A DNA stretch of 64,000 nt from Promethearchaeota archaeon (GCA_048939995.1 JBHLOY010000003.1:384001-448000); one strand, 5' to 3'. Positions 8,831 to 18,862 are shown, numbered from the stretch's first letter. Numbers and translations: made by a program. The notes: generated from the letters alone by a model not told the origin.

Positions 8831-10714
8831 CTAACGATTTTCTTTCAAGAAATCTAAAATATGTAATTTTTTTTCATTGGATATCTTGTAGATCTCGAAG
8901 ACTAAGTGATTAATTTCTGCTTGTAAATCCTTCATTTGTTTATTATTTCCACCTTTAAGGTCTAGTATTTTTTTTACACTTCTTTGAATATTTCTAGCAA
9001 TTAGGACTTCTTTTGGATTTCTAGGCAACAAAATTGGTAAATTTTTAATTTTTTCAATAAGGATTCTTGGGAATAATTCTTTATAAGAACTAAACATTTT
9101 GATAAAATAATAGGATAATAATTGTGAATTTAGTAATCCCAATAAGTAATAGTGATTAAATTCAGGTAAAGAAGATTTAATAATCTTTAAATTATAGAAG
9201 GATTGAGAAGTTAGTGAATATTTATCATATGTAGCACAAATCATATTATTTTGGCTTAATTGCCTTATAACAATCCGATTTTTATAAATTCCTAAGTCTT
9301 TATAGTTTATTCCCTTCTTTTTAATGTTGATGTATTTATAGGCTTTAATAAAGTATCTACTCATTGAAAATAAGAAAGGCTCATAATCATTCTCCGATTC
9401 TTGAGGAATATTATCAACAACAATTTTCTCTATGTTATCCAAATTTAAGTATGAATCGCAATATTTACAGGTTTTGTTTTTTGCTGGTAAGGGGATATAA
9501 TTTTGGCATTTTTTACAATATAAAATTTTTCCATGCTTTCCTATTTCTACACCTCTAGAGATTTTTATTTTGAAGCTGGGACTTTTGTTTATTTCTTTAA
9601 TATTTAGAAATTTAGAAATAAGGTAATCTAAGATATTAACGTCATTGTCATTTAGGTTAAGTAAGAAATTGTAATTCCATTTTTTTAGGACTATTTGTAT
9701 AATTGCTCGATTGAAGTGATTTTTAAGTATGATCTGATTTTCAAGTCTTTTTTTCTTATCCTCCTCTTTTTCAAGAATAATTATAACATTCGATACAACA
9801 GGATCGTTAAAACATTTACCAATATAAAATAATTCTCTAATCTTAGTTTTTGTATATATAAATTTCCTTATCACTCTCCTGTTAGAAAGCACCAAAAGGG
9901 AATCTGGTACAATAAAACCAAGATAACCAGAATTTTTTAACACCCTAATTCCTAATTCAATAAAAACTTGATAATAATCATATTGACCCTTGATTGTTTC
10001 AAAATTTCCTATTTTTATTAAATGTTTATCATTTGAATCAATATTTCTTAGAAATATATAAGGAGGATTTCCTACCACAAAATTAAATCTATTAAATTCA
10101 TTAAATTCTAAAGCATTTATATTATAAATTTTAAATTTAGGAATTTTAAAATCAGGATTATTTTGAATGGCGATCTTGATTAAATTATAGATGGAAAAAT
10201 AAAGATTAATACAGCATAAAATACAAGCTAAAGGATTTATGTCTAAACCATAAACATTCTCTTGAATATCGTTTATAATTAATAGTACCTGATCATAAGA
10301 TAAATCAGATAAGTTTACTAAGCTATAATCTTTAAGATGGAATTCAACTAACCTTTTTATAATCTCAACAAGAAAACTTCCACATCCACAACTTAAATCG
10401 ATTATTTTCATACTTTCCAATTCATTATTGGAAGTATAACCAATACTATTTAAAATGTATTCTACAATATTTATTGGGGTATAAAATTCACCATATTTCT
10501 TCTTTTGACTATTTGGAATCTTCTTTTCGTATAGTTTACCAACTATATCATTTGCATTTAAATTAATATTTTCTTGTACTTCTAAATTATACAAATCGTC
10601 AAGAAGTATATTTATAGTATCTGTATCCTTTGACTCATCTTCTTTTAGATTGTAAATGTTTCTTAATTGTTGGACAATATTGTTCTCTCTAAGATAGTCT
10701 ACAAAATCTTTCAT
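8831..10714 (-). CDS. Gamma-class N6-adenine DNA methyltransferase (Eco57I/TaqI-like) with TaqI_C-type target recognition domain (TRD) and a CxxC/CxxC insert
   Basis: GEFYTP, DLSCGCGSF, VGNPPY, YLLGLLNSQL; CKKC...CKYC. Confidence 0.88.
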   Translation of the reverse strand: MKDFVDYLRENNIVQQLRNIYNLKEDESKDTDTINILLDDLYNLEVQENINLNANDIVGKLYEKKIPNSQKKKYGEFYTPINIVEYILNSIGYTSNNELESMKIIDLSCGCGSFLVEIIKRLVEFHLKDYSLVNLSDLSYDQVLLIINDIQENVYGLDINPLACILCCINLYFSIYNLIKIAIQNNPDFKIPKFKIYNINALEFNEFNRFNFVVGNPPYIFLRNIDSNDKHLIKIGNFETIKGQYDYYQVFIELGIRVLKNSGYLGFIVPDSLLVLSNRRVIRKFIYTKTKIRELFYIGKCFNDPVVSNVIIILEKEEDKKKRLENQIILKNHFNRAIIQIVLKKWNYNFLLNLNDNDVNILDYLISKFLNIKEINKSPSFKIKISRGVEIGKHGKILYCKKCQNYIPLPAKNKTCKYCDSYLNLDNIEKIVVDNIPQESENDYEPFLFSMSRYFIKAYKYINIKKKGINYKDLGIYKNRIVIRQLSQNNMICATYDKYSLTSQSFYNLKIIKSSLPEFNHYYLLGLLNSQLLSYYFIKMFSSYKELFPRILIEKIKNLPILLPRNPKEVLIARNIQRSVKKILDLKGGNNKQMKDLQAEINHLVFEIYKISNEKKLHILDFLKENR

Positions 10715-10794
10715 AATCTTATTTTTATGTTATAATATACTAGATTCAAAATTAGGAATAAATTTTTTTATTAAAGAGTGAGTAATTAATAACT

Positions 10795-11301
10795 ATGGAA
10801 ATAATTAATGGAAGTCTTAAGAGTTTCAAAGAAAGGAAATTTCCAAGAAAAATTTGTTTCAAACCAATAGGAATCGTCCAATCACCCTTTAAGAGTCTAA
10901 AAGGGATACCAATTCAATCGACTATGTCAAATACTAAAGGAGAAATAAAAATATTTCCTCAATTCATTGAAGGTTTAAAAGGTTTGGAAGAATTTTCACA
11001 CATAGTTTGTCTCTATATTTTTGACTTGGTAAAATTACCGGTGCCATTGCAATCTAAACCATTTTTACAAAATGATATTAAGGGTATTTTTGCAATTCGA
11101 ACACCTTTCCGAATTAATCCAATTGGGTTATCAATATTAGAACTACTAAAAATTGAAGAAAATCTGGTTTATGTAAATAATCTGGATATACTAGATCAAA
11201 CTCCTGTTCTCGATATAAAACCGTATGTTCCTCAATTTGATTTTAGAGCTACTAATAAGATTGGATGGTTAAAGGGTAATATACGTGATAAGACAAGTTA
11301 A
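10795..11301 (+). CDS. tsaA: tRNA (N6-threonylcarbamoyladenosine(37)-N6)-methyltransferase TrmO/TsaA
   Basis: KPIGIVQSPF, GLKGLEEFSH, GIFAIRTPFRINPIGLS, LDQTPVLDIKPY. Confidence 0.92.
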   Translation: MEIINGSLKSFKERKFPRKICFKPIGIVQSPFKSLKGIPIQSTMSNTKGEIKIFPQFIEGLKGLEEFSHIVCLYIFDLVKLPVPLQSKPFLQNDIKGIFAIRTPFRINPIGLSILELLKIEENLVYVNNLDILDQTPVLDIKPYVPQFDFRATNKIGWLKGNIRDKTS

Positions 11302-11400
11302 GGAACTTATTTTTCATTTAACCAATATTTATATAAGTATAGTTATATAATTTGATGATTAAAAATCAATTAATTAGTATTTACGGATCCAAGAATCTAA

Positions 11401-12504
11401 ATGATAGGAATTCTTTATATATCTATTTTCGTAGGGATAGTACTAATCGGATTCATTTATAGTATCTATTACCGAGAGAACTACGAAGCTGAAATCGAAT
11501 TTGCCATCGTGATACTAGTTTATTTCATAAATCAAGCATTATACTTTATCCTATTTAATCTAGCAATAGAAAATTATTTTGACAGTCAGATTTCAATAAT
11601 CATATGGAAAATATCAATCTTTATTGGAGCTTTTTCTATAGGATTATGGTCTTCAATTCATATTGCAGAATTACATAAATATAATCTCCTTAGTTTTTTT
11701 GTAATAATCATTTACTTCTTATTGGAAGGAATTATAATTAGTTTACTCTTTTTTCCAGCTTCTTTTCACGTAATTCTTGATAATAATGATTATTTTTATA
11801 TTTTTCAAGATTTCTTTTTATTAGGCTTTATTTTATTATTCTATTTTTTAGTTATTATCGTTTCTATAATCTCTCAAATAATGGGTTTGAGGAACTTTAA
11901 TGACAAAGATTTGGCTAATTTTTTTACTGGTTATATTTTTCTAATATCACTAAACACAATTATATATTCCATATTTCTTATCACTCAAAATATCCTATTT
12001 AGAACTACACATATAATTCTATACATATTAAATACGGCATTCATGCTCTATGTAATTATAAGAAAGCCAGCTCTATTTTTGGTATTCACCAATAAAATTT
12101 ATGACTTTATCATCTTTCATAAATCTGGAATTCTACTTTATGCCTATAATTTTCAAACAAGTAAAGAAGTCGATGATTCCCTGTTAAAGGGGAGTATTTT
12201 AATAGGTATAAATCATATTTTGGCTAATTTTTCTGGTATTGAAAATCAACTAAATCATATAAAGATGAGTAATAAAGGAATAATGTTTAATTTTCAAAAT
12301 GAATTAGGTTATGCGGTTTTATTAATTGCGAGACATAAAAATAAAACTCTTGAGAAGGCTTTGCAAAATTTTATAGACAAATTTTCTGCCTACAATAAAG
12401 AAAAATTATTAAATTTAAATGGATTAATTGATGTTTCTATGTTTAAGGACACAAGAAAATTAATTATAGAATGTTTTGGTAAATATAACGTTAGATTTTT
12501 ATGA
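11401..12504 (+). CDS. 7TM membrane protein with C-terminal longin-like domain
   Basis: Seven hydrophobic segments, then IIFHKSGILLYAYNF...GSILIGINHIL, a longin-like pattern. Confidence 0.7.
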   Translation: MIGILYISIFVGIVLIGFIYSIYYRENYEAEIEFAIVILVYFINQALYFILFNLAIENYFDSQISIIIWKISIFIGAFSIGLWSSIHIAELHKYNLLSFFVIIIYFLLEGIIISLLFFPASFHVILDNNDYFYIFQDFFLLGFILLFYFLVIIVSIISQIMGLRNFNDKDLANFFTGYIFLISLNTIIYSIFLITQNILFRTTHIILYILNTAFMLYVIIRKPALFLVFTNKIYDFIIFHKSGILLYAYNFQTSKEVDDSLLKGSILIGINHILANFSGIENQLNHIKMSNKGIMFNFQNELGYAVLLIARHKNKTLEKALQNFIDKFSAYNKEKLLNLNGLIDVSMFKDTRKLIIECFGKYNVRFL

Positions 12505-12534
12505 AAAACTACAAAGCAAAATTATAGAATAATC

Positions 12535-13683
12535 ATGAATTATTTCCCAAGCATTTCGATTATTATTGGATATTTTATAACCTTATGTCTTACATTTATT
12601 ACAATGCTTAATATAATAAAAAAGCATAAGTTATTTGGCACAAAAACTATTGCTTATCTAAGCCTTGTGACAGTTCTTAACTCTGGGTTCATCTTTTCTA
12701 CGTGTTATTTATTCTCTGTAGTTTTATATATTTCAAATACCATCAATTTAATATTATGGAAAATCTCATTGATTTCTGAATCCATATCCTTAATTTTAAG
12801 TTCCATTATTTATTCGTTTTTTAAGGAATATAGGAAATTCCAAATATTACCTGCTTTAATGATCACAGTTCTTTTTGGGTTACAGATTGGCGCGTTATTA
12901 TTGCCTGCATCTATTATAATAAATGTTTCTTCTCCTCCTTCATATCTTTTTTCAATAATAGATGTGTCTGCGATTAACTATTATTTCGATTTTTTAACTT
13001 CTGCTATTATTATTATAATGCAAATTTGTTTTGCTGTTTATTTTTTATATATCTCTATTTATGTTGGTTTAAAAACAGATAAACCAATGGAAAGTATACC
13101 AGTTTTTTTGAGTACAATTTTCCTAACCATTCCTTTAGCTTTTTTTGCCCTTTACATTATTCTAAGATATTCATTTCTTAGAGAACTCTTTCTTATATTA
13201 ATATGGATAACCAACTTCGGAGTTGATATTATGTTGATATTCAAACCCAATACTTTTCTTATTTTGCCTAATAAAATATATTCAATTAATATTTATCATA
13301 AATCTGGTATTTTACTCTATTCGTATAATCTTAGAAAAGAGAGCGCATATATAGATAATTCAAAGATTTGGGGAAATGTTATAATTGGATTAAACCATAT
13401 TCTATATGAATTCGTTGATAAGACTGATAAAATTGATGTTATTCAAACTAAACAAGCAGATATCGTTATGAATTATGATAATGAATATGGTTTTGCCATT
13501 ATAGTAATAACCTCAAAAAAGAATGTGATTGTTGAGAGATTAATTCAAAACTTTTCCCAAGAATTCAAATCTTTCTATAAAAATGAACTGAATGAAATCC
13601 AAGATTTAAATCGGTTAATCAATGTTTCAGAATTCAAAGATACAGGAAAAATAATTGAGAAACATTTTCAAATATATTTCTAA
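12535..13683 (+). CDS. 7TM membrane protein with C-terminal longin-like domain (paralog of the previous gene)
   Basis: Same architecture; shared motifs ILWKIS, NKIY, HKSGILLY, IGLNHIL, LINVSEFKDT. Confidence 0.7.
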   Translation: MNYFPSISIIIGYFITLCLTFITMLNIIKKHKLFGTKTIAYLSLVTVLNSGFIFSTCYLFSVVLYISNTINLILWKISLISESISLILSSIIYSFFKEYRKFQILPALMITVLFGLQIGALLLPASIIINVSSPPSYLFSIIDVSAINYYFDFLTSAIIIIMQICFAVYFLYISIYVGLKTDKPMESIPVFLSTIFLTIPLAFFALYIILRYSFLRELFLILIWITNFGVDIMLIFKPNTFLILPNKIYSINIYHKSGILLYSYNLRKESAYIDNSKIWGNVIIGLNHILYEFVDKTDKIDVIQTKQADIVMNYDNEYGFAIIVITSKKNVIVERLIQNFSQEFKSFYKNELNEIQDLNRLINVSEFKDTGKIIEKHFQIYF

Positions 13684-13776
13684 ATTTTAAAATTACTAAA
13701 TCATAAATATCTAAACATTTTTTAATGTTTATTTCTATAAAACCCATAAAAAAATAACATTTATAACTATACACAA

Positions 13777-13989
13777 ATGAACCAAATAGAGATCCAGGAT
13801 AAAGAATGGGCTCATGATTGGAAAATTATTGTCAGTATTTATGATACCATTGATCAATTAAAAGCATCATTTGCGAAATTAGATGTTCCTTATTTACGGG
13901 AGATTCAACAAAAAGTTCTCATTTTAAATCTTGAAAAATATGCATGGTCTCTGCAGAACTACATCATCGAAAAATATTCTCGAGAATAA
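13777..13989 (+). CDS. Hypothetical helical protein, 70 aa
   Basis: ATG start, coding-like composition, occupies its own intergenic slot. Confidence 0.7.
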   Translation: MNQIEIQDKEWAHDWKIIVSIYDTIDQLKASFAKLDVPYLREIQQKVLILNLEKYAWSLQNYIIEKYSRE

Positions 13990-14086
13990 AATGGTAATTC
14001 TCTTTTGATGATTATAAAAAGGCTGAAGGCTTAACTGCCTCAAAAATAGTCTTACCAGATGGTATTGAGATTAAAGAAAATGATAC

Positions 14087-14821
14087 TTAATCACTTTCTA
14101 TATCGGAATTTTTAATACTATCATCAATTTCCACTTTTTGCAAAAGTTCAGTAAGAACAACTTTATTATAAGATAAAAGCATTCTTGGGACATAATTTTC
14201 GGCTAAATAAGCGCCATCCTCAACCTCTTCTTTTAAAGGAAATAGATCTTTTTCCTTGATAACTGAACCTAGATAATTACGGTCATATTCTTTATAACCA
14301 AATAGTTCATTTCTTACAATAACCATTTTTCGCTCATATCCTTCTGGTAAACCAGCCTTTTCAAGTAATAATAATATCTTCTCTCGAGATAGCGATTCTA
14401 ACAATTCAAGATCTTCTCGAGTCCCTTCATAAGTTGGTCCAGTTTGGCTCACCTCATAATCAATTTCTTCTTCTATTCCAATCATGACTTTGAAAGCTTG
14501 AGTCTCATTTTCTTGATCTACAGCAGTTATTTTAAAAGCAATTCCGTGTTTATCTCTAATCGGGGCAGCCATTTTAGCTGCTAGAAACTTCATCCTAGTT
14601 GTGGTATTAGAACCATGCCATAACCAGACCCGATAATGTTGAGGGTCTACGAAGAGGAGAACGAAATCATCATCCAATAAATCCTTCAAATTTACGTCTG
14701 TATCGATAACTAGCTCCTCAAAATCTCCTATAGTGTCATTAAATTGATAGACTATTATTGGTTGTTCTTGTCTTCCTACTTTAGTCAATTCTTCTTTGCC
14801 TTCAGATTGCTTGTTTGACAT
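14087..14821 (-). CDS. Gelsolin-like domain protein (Asgard type)
   Basis: LDDDFVLLFVD..YRVWLWHGSNTTTRMKFLAAKMA...VDQENETQAF resembles the gelsolin repeat consensus. Confidence 0.75.
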   Translation of the reverse strand: MSNKQSEGKEELTKVGRQEQPIIVYQFNDTIGDFEELVIDTDVNLKDLLDDDFVLLFVDPQHYRVWLWHGSNTTTRMKFLAAKMAAPIRDKHGIAFKITAVDQENETQAFKVMIGIEEEIDYEVSQTGPTYEGTREDLELLESLSREKILLLLEKAGLPEGYERKMVIVRNELFGYKEYDRNYLGSVIKEKDLFPLKEEVEDGAYLAENYVPRMLLSYNKVVLTELLQKVEIDDSIKNSDIESD

Positions 14822-15008
14822 TTTAAATTAAGAAAGTAGTTGAATATATTACTTATAAGTTCTAATAATATATTATTATTTTCCGTATTAAAATAGATAT
14901 GTTGAATTGTTTACCATCTAAAAAATAAAAATTAGAGTTTTAAACAATTTTATAGATTATATAATAATGACATAAATATGTAATTTTCACGTACTTTTTT
15001 AGAAATAA

Positions 15009-15093
15009 GCGGGAATCGCCAAGTTTGGTCAAAGGCGCTGGACTCAGAATCCAGTCCCGTAGGGGTTCGGGAGTTCGAATCTCCCTTCCCGCA
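15009..15093 (+). tRNA. tRNA-Leu(CAG), no intron, CCA not encoded
   Basis: Acceptor stem GCGGGAA/TTCCCGC, anticodon stem CTGGA/TCCAG with loop CT-CAG-AA, long variable arm, T arm GGGAG-TTCGAAT-CTCCC, discriminator A. Confidence 0.97.
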
Positions 15094-15109
15094 TAAATAA
15101 CCCTTCTTC

Positions 15110-15316
15110 TTATCTTAATTCTAATCTAATTTTACAATAAGGACAATGTAATGGTAATTCTTCATTGCATGTCTCTAATTCTTCACTACTTAATATATTT
15201 TTCCAGCAAATCAATTTATCTCCTCTTTTAATCATATCCCTTCCATGATGTTGGGGTATAATATCTTTTGTTTGACAGTTATCGCAGATTACCAATTTTG
15301 CTTCGTTTTCCAGCTC
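15110..15316 (-). pseudogene. Displaced, diverged copy of the C-terminal Cys/His-rich domain of the P1B ATPase (may be a standalone protein from TTG 15376)
   Basis: 51 of 68 aa identical to the ATPase C-terminus (16712-16918) by manual alignment. Confidence 0.75.
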
Positions 15317-15680
15317 CCACTGAATAAAATATATCTGAAACTCTGCGACAAACTTCGGTTTCAAAGCTTTTATCAACGCACTTCAAAATGAGATGTACAA
15401 CTTGCATATATTGTTTTCGACTAATTTTTTGGTGAATAAAATCTTGTGAGGTTACATCCAAAATATCTAAATAGGTGGTAATAGGTGTTTCAGTAACCTC
15501 ATTGAAACAGTCTAACTTTTTCTTAAAATCCTCAGCAGAGATAATCGGGAAGTTTTCGCCAATAGCTTTTCGTAAAATCATGTTTTTAAACATACGTGCT
15601 ACCCGATATGAAAAATGATACTGAGAATTCCATGTTTCAAAAAACTTAAATATCATCTTATTTTCATTATTGATTGACAA
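15279..15680 (-). CDS. Hypothetical protein, probably 3'-truncated at the junction with the ATPase fragment
   Basis: 133-aa ORF whose last codons run out of frame into the duplicated fragment. Confidence 0.4.
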   Translation of the reverse strand: MSINNENKMIFKFFETWNSQYHFSYRVARMFKNMILRKAIGENFPIISAEDFKKKLDCFNEVTETPITTYLDILDVTSQDFIHQKISRKQYMQVVHLILKCVDKSFETEVCRRVSDIFYSVGAGKRSKIGNLR

Positions 15681-15819
15681 TCTAATGTAAAGTGATTGAT
15701 TTCTATAAGTAATTCAAAAATTTTTTTTAAATATGATCATAGATTCAGTTTTAGATGATCATTTCTGAAAATATGATAAATAAGAATTAAAAGAAAAAAT
15801 ATTAAGAGAGAGAGTTTGA

Positions 15820-16371
15820 ATGAAAAAACAAACAGTTTCATGGATATTAATAGGAATGTTATTTCTTATAGGTATATCAGGAATTATGATCCCTGTTTCA
15901 GCGCAGAAACCTACTCAAATATATATTACCTTTGAGGTAGAATTTACTGTATATACACCTCAGGGGAATATTTTAGCCTATATCCCAAGCATGGTCGTCG
16001 AACAGCCGTTTTTGAAAACTGGGAGTGGATATCATACAGACAAAATGTGGCATTTAATACCTTGGTTATACCCCGAAGACATAACTGGTTCACCAGTAAT
16101 TATATCTCAAGGACAATTCCACTGCTGGTTGAGTTTTATGTCACACTGGCCTGAACCACCCCTTCCGTTAGTTCAAGAATTTTGGGGGGATTTGACTATC
16201 ATTTATGATCAAACGATGATGGGTAATTATTTCGACCGTGGATATGTAATTAGTGAAGAATTTCCATGGGATTTTTATATTCCGGATTTGATGATTCCTG
16301 TGCAAATTGGTAACACAGATATTTGGTACCTAGGGTATACTTTATACACTGTTAGTCCAGTATACTCATAA
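15820..16371 (+). CDS. Secreted/exported hypothetical protein
   Basis: MKK, a hydrophobic stretch, then VSA-Q: signal-peptide pattern. Confidence 0.75.
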   Translation: MKKQTVSWILIGMLFLIGISGIMIPVSAQKPTQIYITFEVEFTVYTPQGNILAYIPSMVVEQPFLKTGSGYHTDKMWHLIPWLYPEDITGSPVIISQGQFHCWLSFMSHWPEPPLPLVQEFWGDLTIIYDQTMMGNYFDRGYVISEEFPWDFYIPDLMIPVQIGNTDIWYLGYTLYTVSPVYS

Positions 16372-16413
16372 CTATTAATTAATCATTAAAATGATTAATT
16401 GATTATTAAAAAG

Positions 16414-16452
16414 AACTCTGGAACTGAGTGTTTCAGAGTTAAAGTTTTTTTT
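16414..16452 (+). terminator. Hairpin plus T-tract after 15820-16371
   Basis: AACTCTGGAAC-TGAGT-GTTTCAGAGTT followed by AAAGTTTTTTTT. Confidence 0.5.
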
Positions 16453-16711
16453 ATATCTTTAATCGATTCTCAATTAATTAGTTGAAGAATTTGGTTATAA
16501 ATACATATTTATTATCCTACACTTATTTAAGATTCGTAAGAGCTATGTGGTATGAATTTTGTAATGACAAAATTTTCTAAATATACTTTTAAATGATTTG
16601 TATATTTATAAAAACCCTTTACCCCACTCCGGGGAGTGGCATTCTTTCAGGTGAAGAAATTAAAGTTCAAAAAGATAAAATAGAAAAATAATAGCCTTGA
16701 ATATAGTAGAG

Positions 16712-18862
16712 TTATTTCAATTCTAATCTGTTATTACAGTAAGGACAATGGAGAGGAAGTTCCTCATCACATGCTTCCATTTCATCATTACTTAATATAT
16801 TTTTCCAACATACAAGTTTATCTTTTCTTTGGACCATATCACGTCCATGATGTTGTGGGATAATATCTTTTGTCTTACAATTATCACATATAATCAGAGT
16901 TGCCTCACTTTCCAAATCCTCTGTTGAGGCTTCCTTATATTTAAATTTATATCTGAAAATAGTTAGACTGTTAAGTAAAACTAGGAGAGATACCCCCATG
17001 TCCCCTGCTCCTACAGCGAGCCAGAGTGTCATAAAGCCAATAACAGTTAAAATCGCAAATGAAACTTTAACAATTATGGATGTCCAAATATTTTGCTTTA
17101 TTTTTCTATTTGTTTTCTTAGAGATGTCAATATAAGTAAGAATTTTTTTCAAATCATCACCAATAACTATAATGTCAGCAGTTTCTAATGTAATGTCTGT
17201 AGCTGAAGCTCCTATAGCTATTCCTAGATCTGCTAACGCTAAAGCAGGAGCATCATTTATTCCGTCCCCTACCATAGCTATTCCTTTATTTTCCCTTTTT
17301 AGGGCTTTAATTTCTTCTAGTTTTTGATCTGGTAAATGTTCACCATAAGTTTTATCAATATTTAAACAAGATCCAATTGAATTGCACACATTTTGATTAT
17401 CACCGGAAATTAATACAGTTTCATAACCTCTTTTTTTCAAACCATTAATTAGAATTGGAGCAGATATTCTTAATACATCTCTGATAGTAATAATTCCTAA
17501 TAGATGTTGTTGATTTCCTAAAAGTATTGGGATAGTTCCAGAAGTTTCAATATCAGTAATATCCTTGAGAGGAAGATTATATTTTAGTTCTTCCATAAAG
17601 CTTTTACTACCAACGTAAAAAATCTCTCCATTTATCTTTCCCCTTATACCCTTTCCTTTTATTACTTCAAAATCATCAACTGAGTGGAATTCTAAATTCA
17701 TCTCTTTTGCTTGGTTCACTATTGCTTTACCAATTGGGTGTTCTGAAAGAGATTCCAAGCTAGCTGCAATGCTTATTACATCTTGCTTTTTAACATTATT
17801 ATAAGAAAGGATATCAAATATCTTTAATTTACCCTCAGTAAGAGTTCCTGTCTTATCAAATGCGAATATTTTGATATCTTCTAATTTTTCAATAAATTTA
17901 TTCCCCTTGATTAATATACCTTCTCTTGCTTGTTTTGTTAACGAAGCTATATTCGCTAAAGGTGTGGATAGAGTTAGAGCACAAGGGCATGAAACCACAA
18001 GTAATACTAACCCTCGATAGAACCAATCATAAAAATTAAATCCTAATAAAGAGGGAATAATCATAACCAAAATGGATGATAAAAGAACAATAGGTGTATA
18101 ATATTTTGCAAATTTTTCAATAAATTTTTCTTGTTTACTTTTATTTTGTTGAGCAAGCTTCACACTTTCTGCAATTTGTGCTACTATTGTATTAGCACTT
18201 TCTCTTGTTACCTCAATATCGACGAAACTATCTGAATTTAAACTTGCAGCAAACACCTCATTGCCTTCTTTTTTAAAAACCGGTACAGATTCACCAGTAA
18301 TAGCACTTTCATCAAAATATGAACCTCCTTTAATGATGATACCATCTAAAGGGACTTTCATTCCAGGTTTTATCCCAACAATACTTCCAAGTTTTATTTC
18401 TCTTGAAGGAACATTCTTATAGCCATTCTCAGTTTTTAGAAGAGCATCATCAGGGGCAAGTTCAAGTAGTTCTTTAATTGCATTCCTTGATTTTTCAGTA
18501 GTTATTTCTTCTAATCTTTCCGCTATGGCATATAAAAGCAATGCAGTAGCCCCTTCTTGACCGTGAAATATGAAAAAGGAAGCAACACCAGCGATTAACA
18601 TCAATAAATTAGCGGTGATTTTTTTCTCTCTCACATCCTCAATAGCTTCCTTCACAATACCAAAACTCGAAAGAAAAATTGAAGAAACAGCAAGAATTTG
18701 AGCAATTAACACAATTTCAAATGCAAATTCTAAAAAGATTGAAATAGCAAGTAAAATTGCTGAAGGAATAATAAAATACCAAAAATTCCTTTCAAAAAAT
18801 GATTCTCCTTCTTCCTCTTCTTCGATTTCGCAAAGGGATGATGAACATTCTATAGTTGTAAT
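16712..18862 (-). CDS. Heavy-metal P1B-type ATPase (ZntA/CadA-like); probable ATT start at 18862 (track starts at 18712)
   Basis: TGES, SCPCAL, FDKTGT, SEHP, GDGINDAP. The frame is open 50 codons upstream of the track start, encoding CSSSLC, an acidic run and TM1, and follows SD AGGTGAGG. Confidence 0.93.
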   Translation of the reverse strand: MTTIECSSSLCEIEEEEEGESFFERNFWYFIIPSAILLAISIFLEFAFEIVLIAQILAVSSIFLSSFGIVKEAIEDVREKKITANLLMLIAGVASFFIFHGQEGATALLLYAIAERLEEITTEKSRNAIKELLELAPDDALLKTENGYKNVPSREIKLGSIVGIKPGMKVPLDGIIIKGGSYFDESAITGESVPVFKKEGNEVFAASLNSDSFVDIEVTRESANTIVAQIAESVKLAQQNKSKQEKFIEKFAKYYTPIVLLSSILVMIIPSLLGFNFYDWFYRGLVLLVVSCPCALTLSTPLANIASLTKQAREGILIKGNKFIEKLEDIKIFAFDKTGTLTEGKLKIFDILSYNNVKKQDVISIAASLESLSEHPIGKAIVNQAKEMNLEFHSVDDFEVIKGKGIRGKINGEIFYVGSKSFMEELKYNLPLKDITDIETSGTIPILLGNQQHLLGIITIRDVLRISAPILINGLKKRGYETVLISGDNQNVCNSIGSCLNIDKTYGEHLPDQKLEEIKALKRENKGIAMVGDGINDAPALALADLGIAIGASATDITLETADIIVIGDDLKKILTYIDISKKTNRKIKQNIWTSIIVKVSFAILTVIGFMTLWLAVGAGDMGVSLLVLLNSLTIFRYKFKYKEASTEDLESEATLIICDNCKTKDIIPQHHGRDMVQRKDKLVCWKNILSNDEMEACDEELPLHCPYCNNRLELK

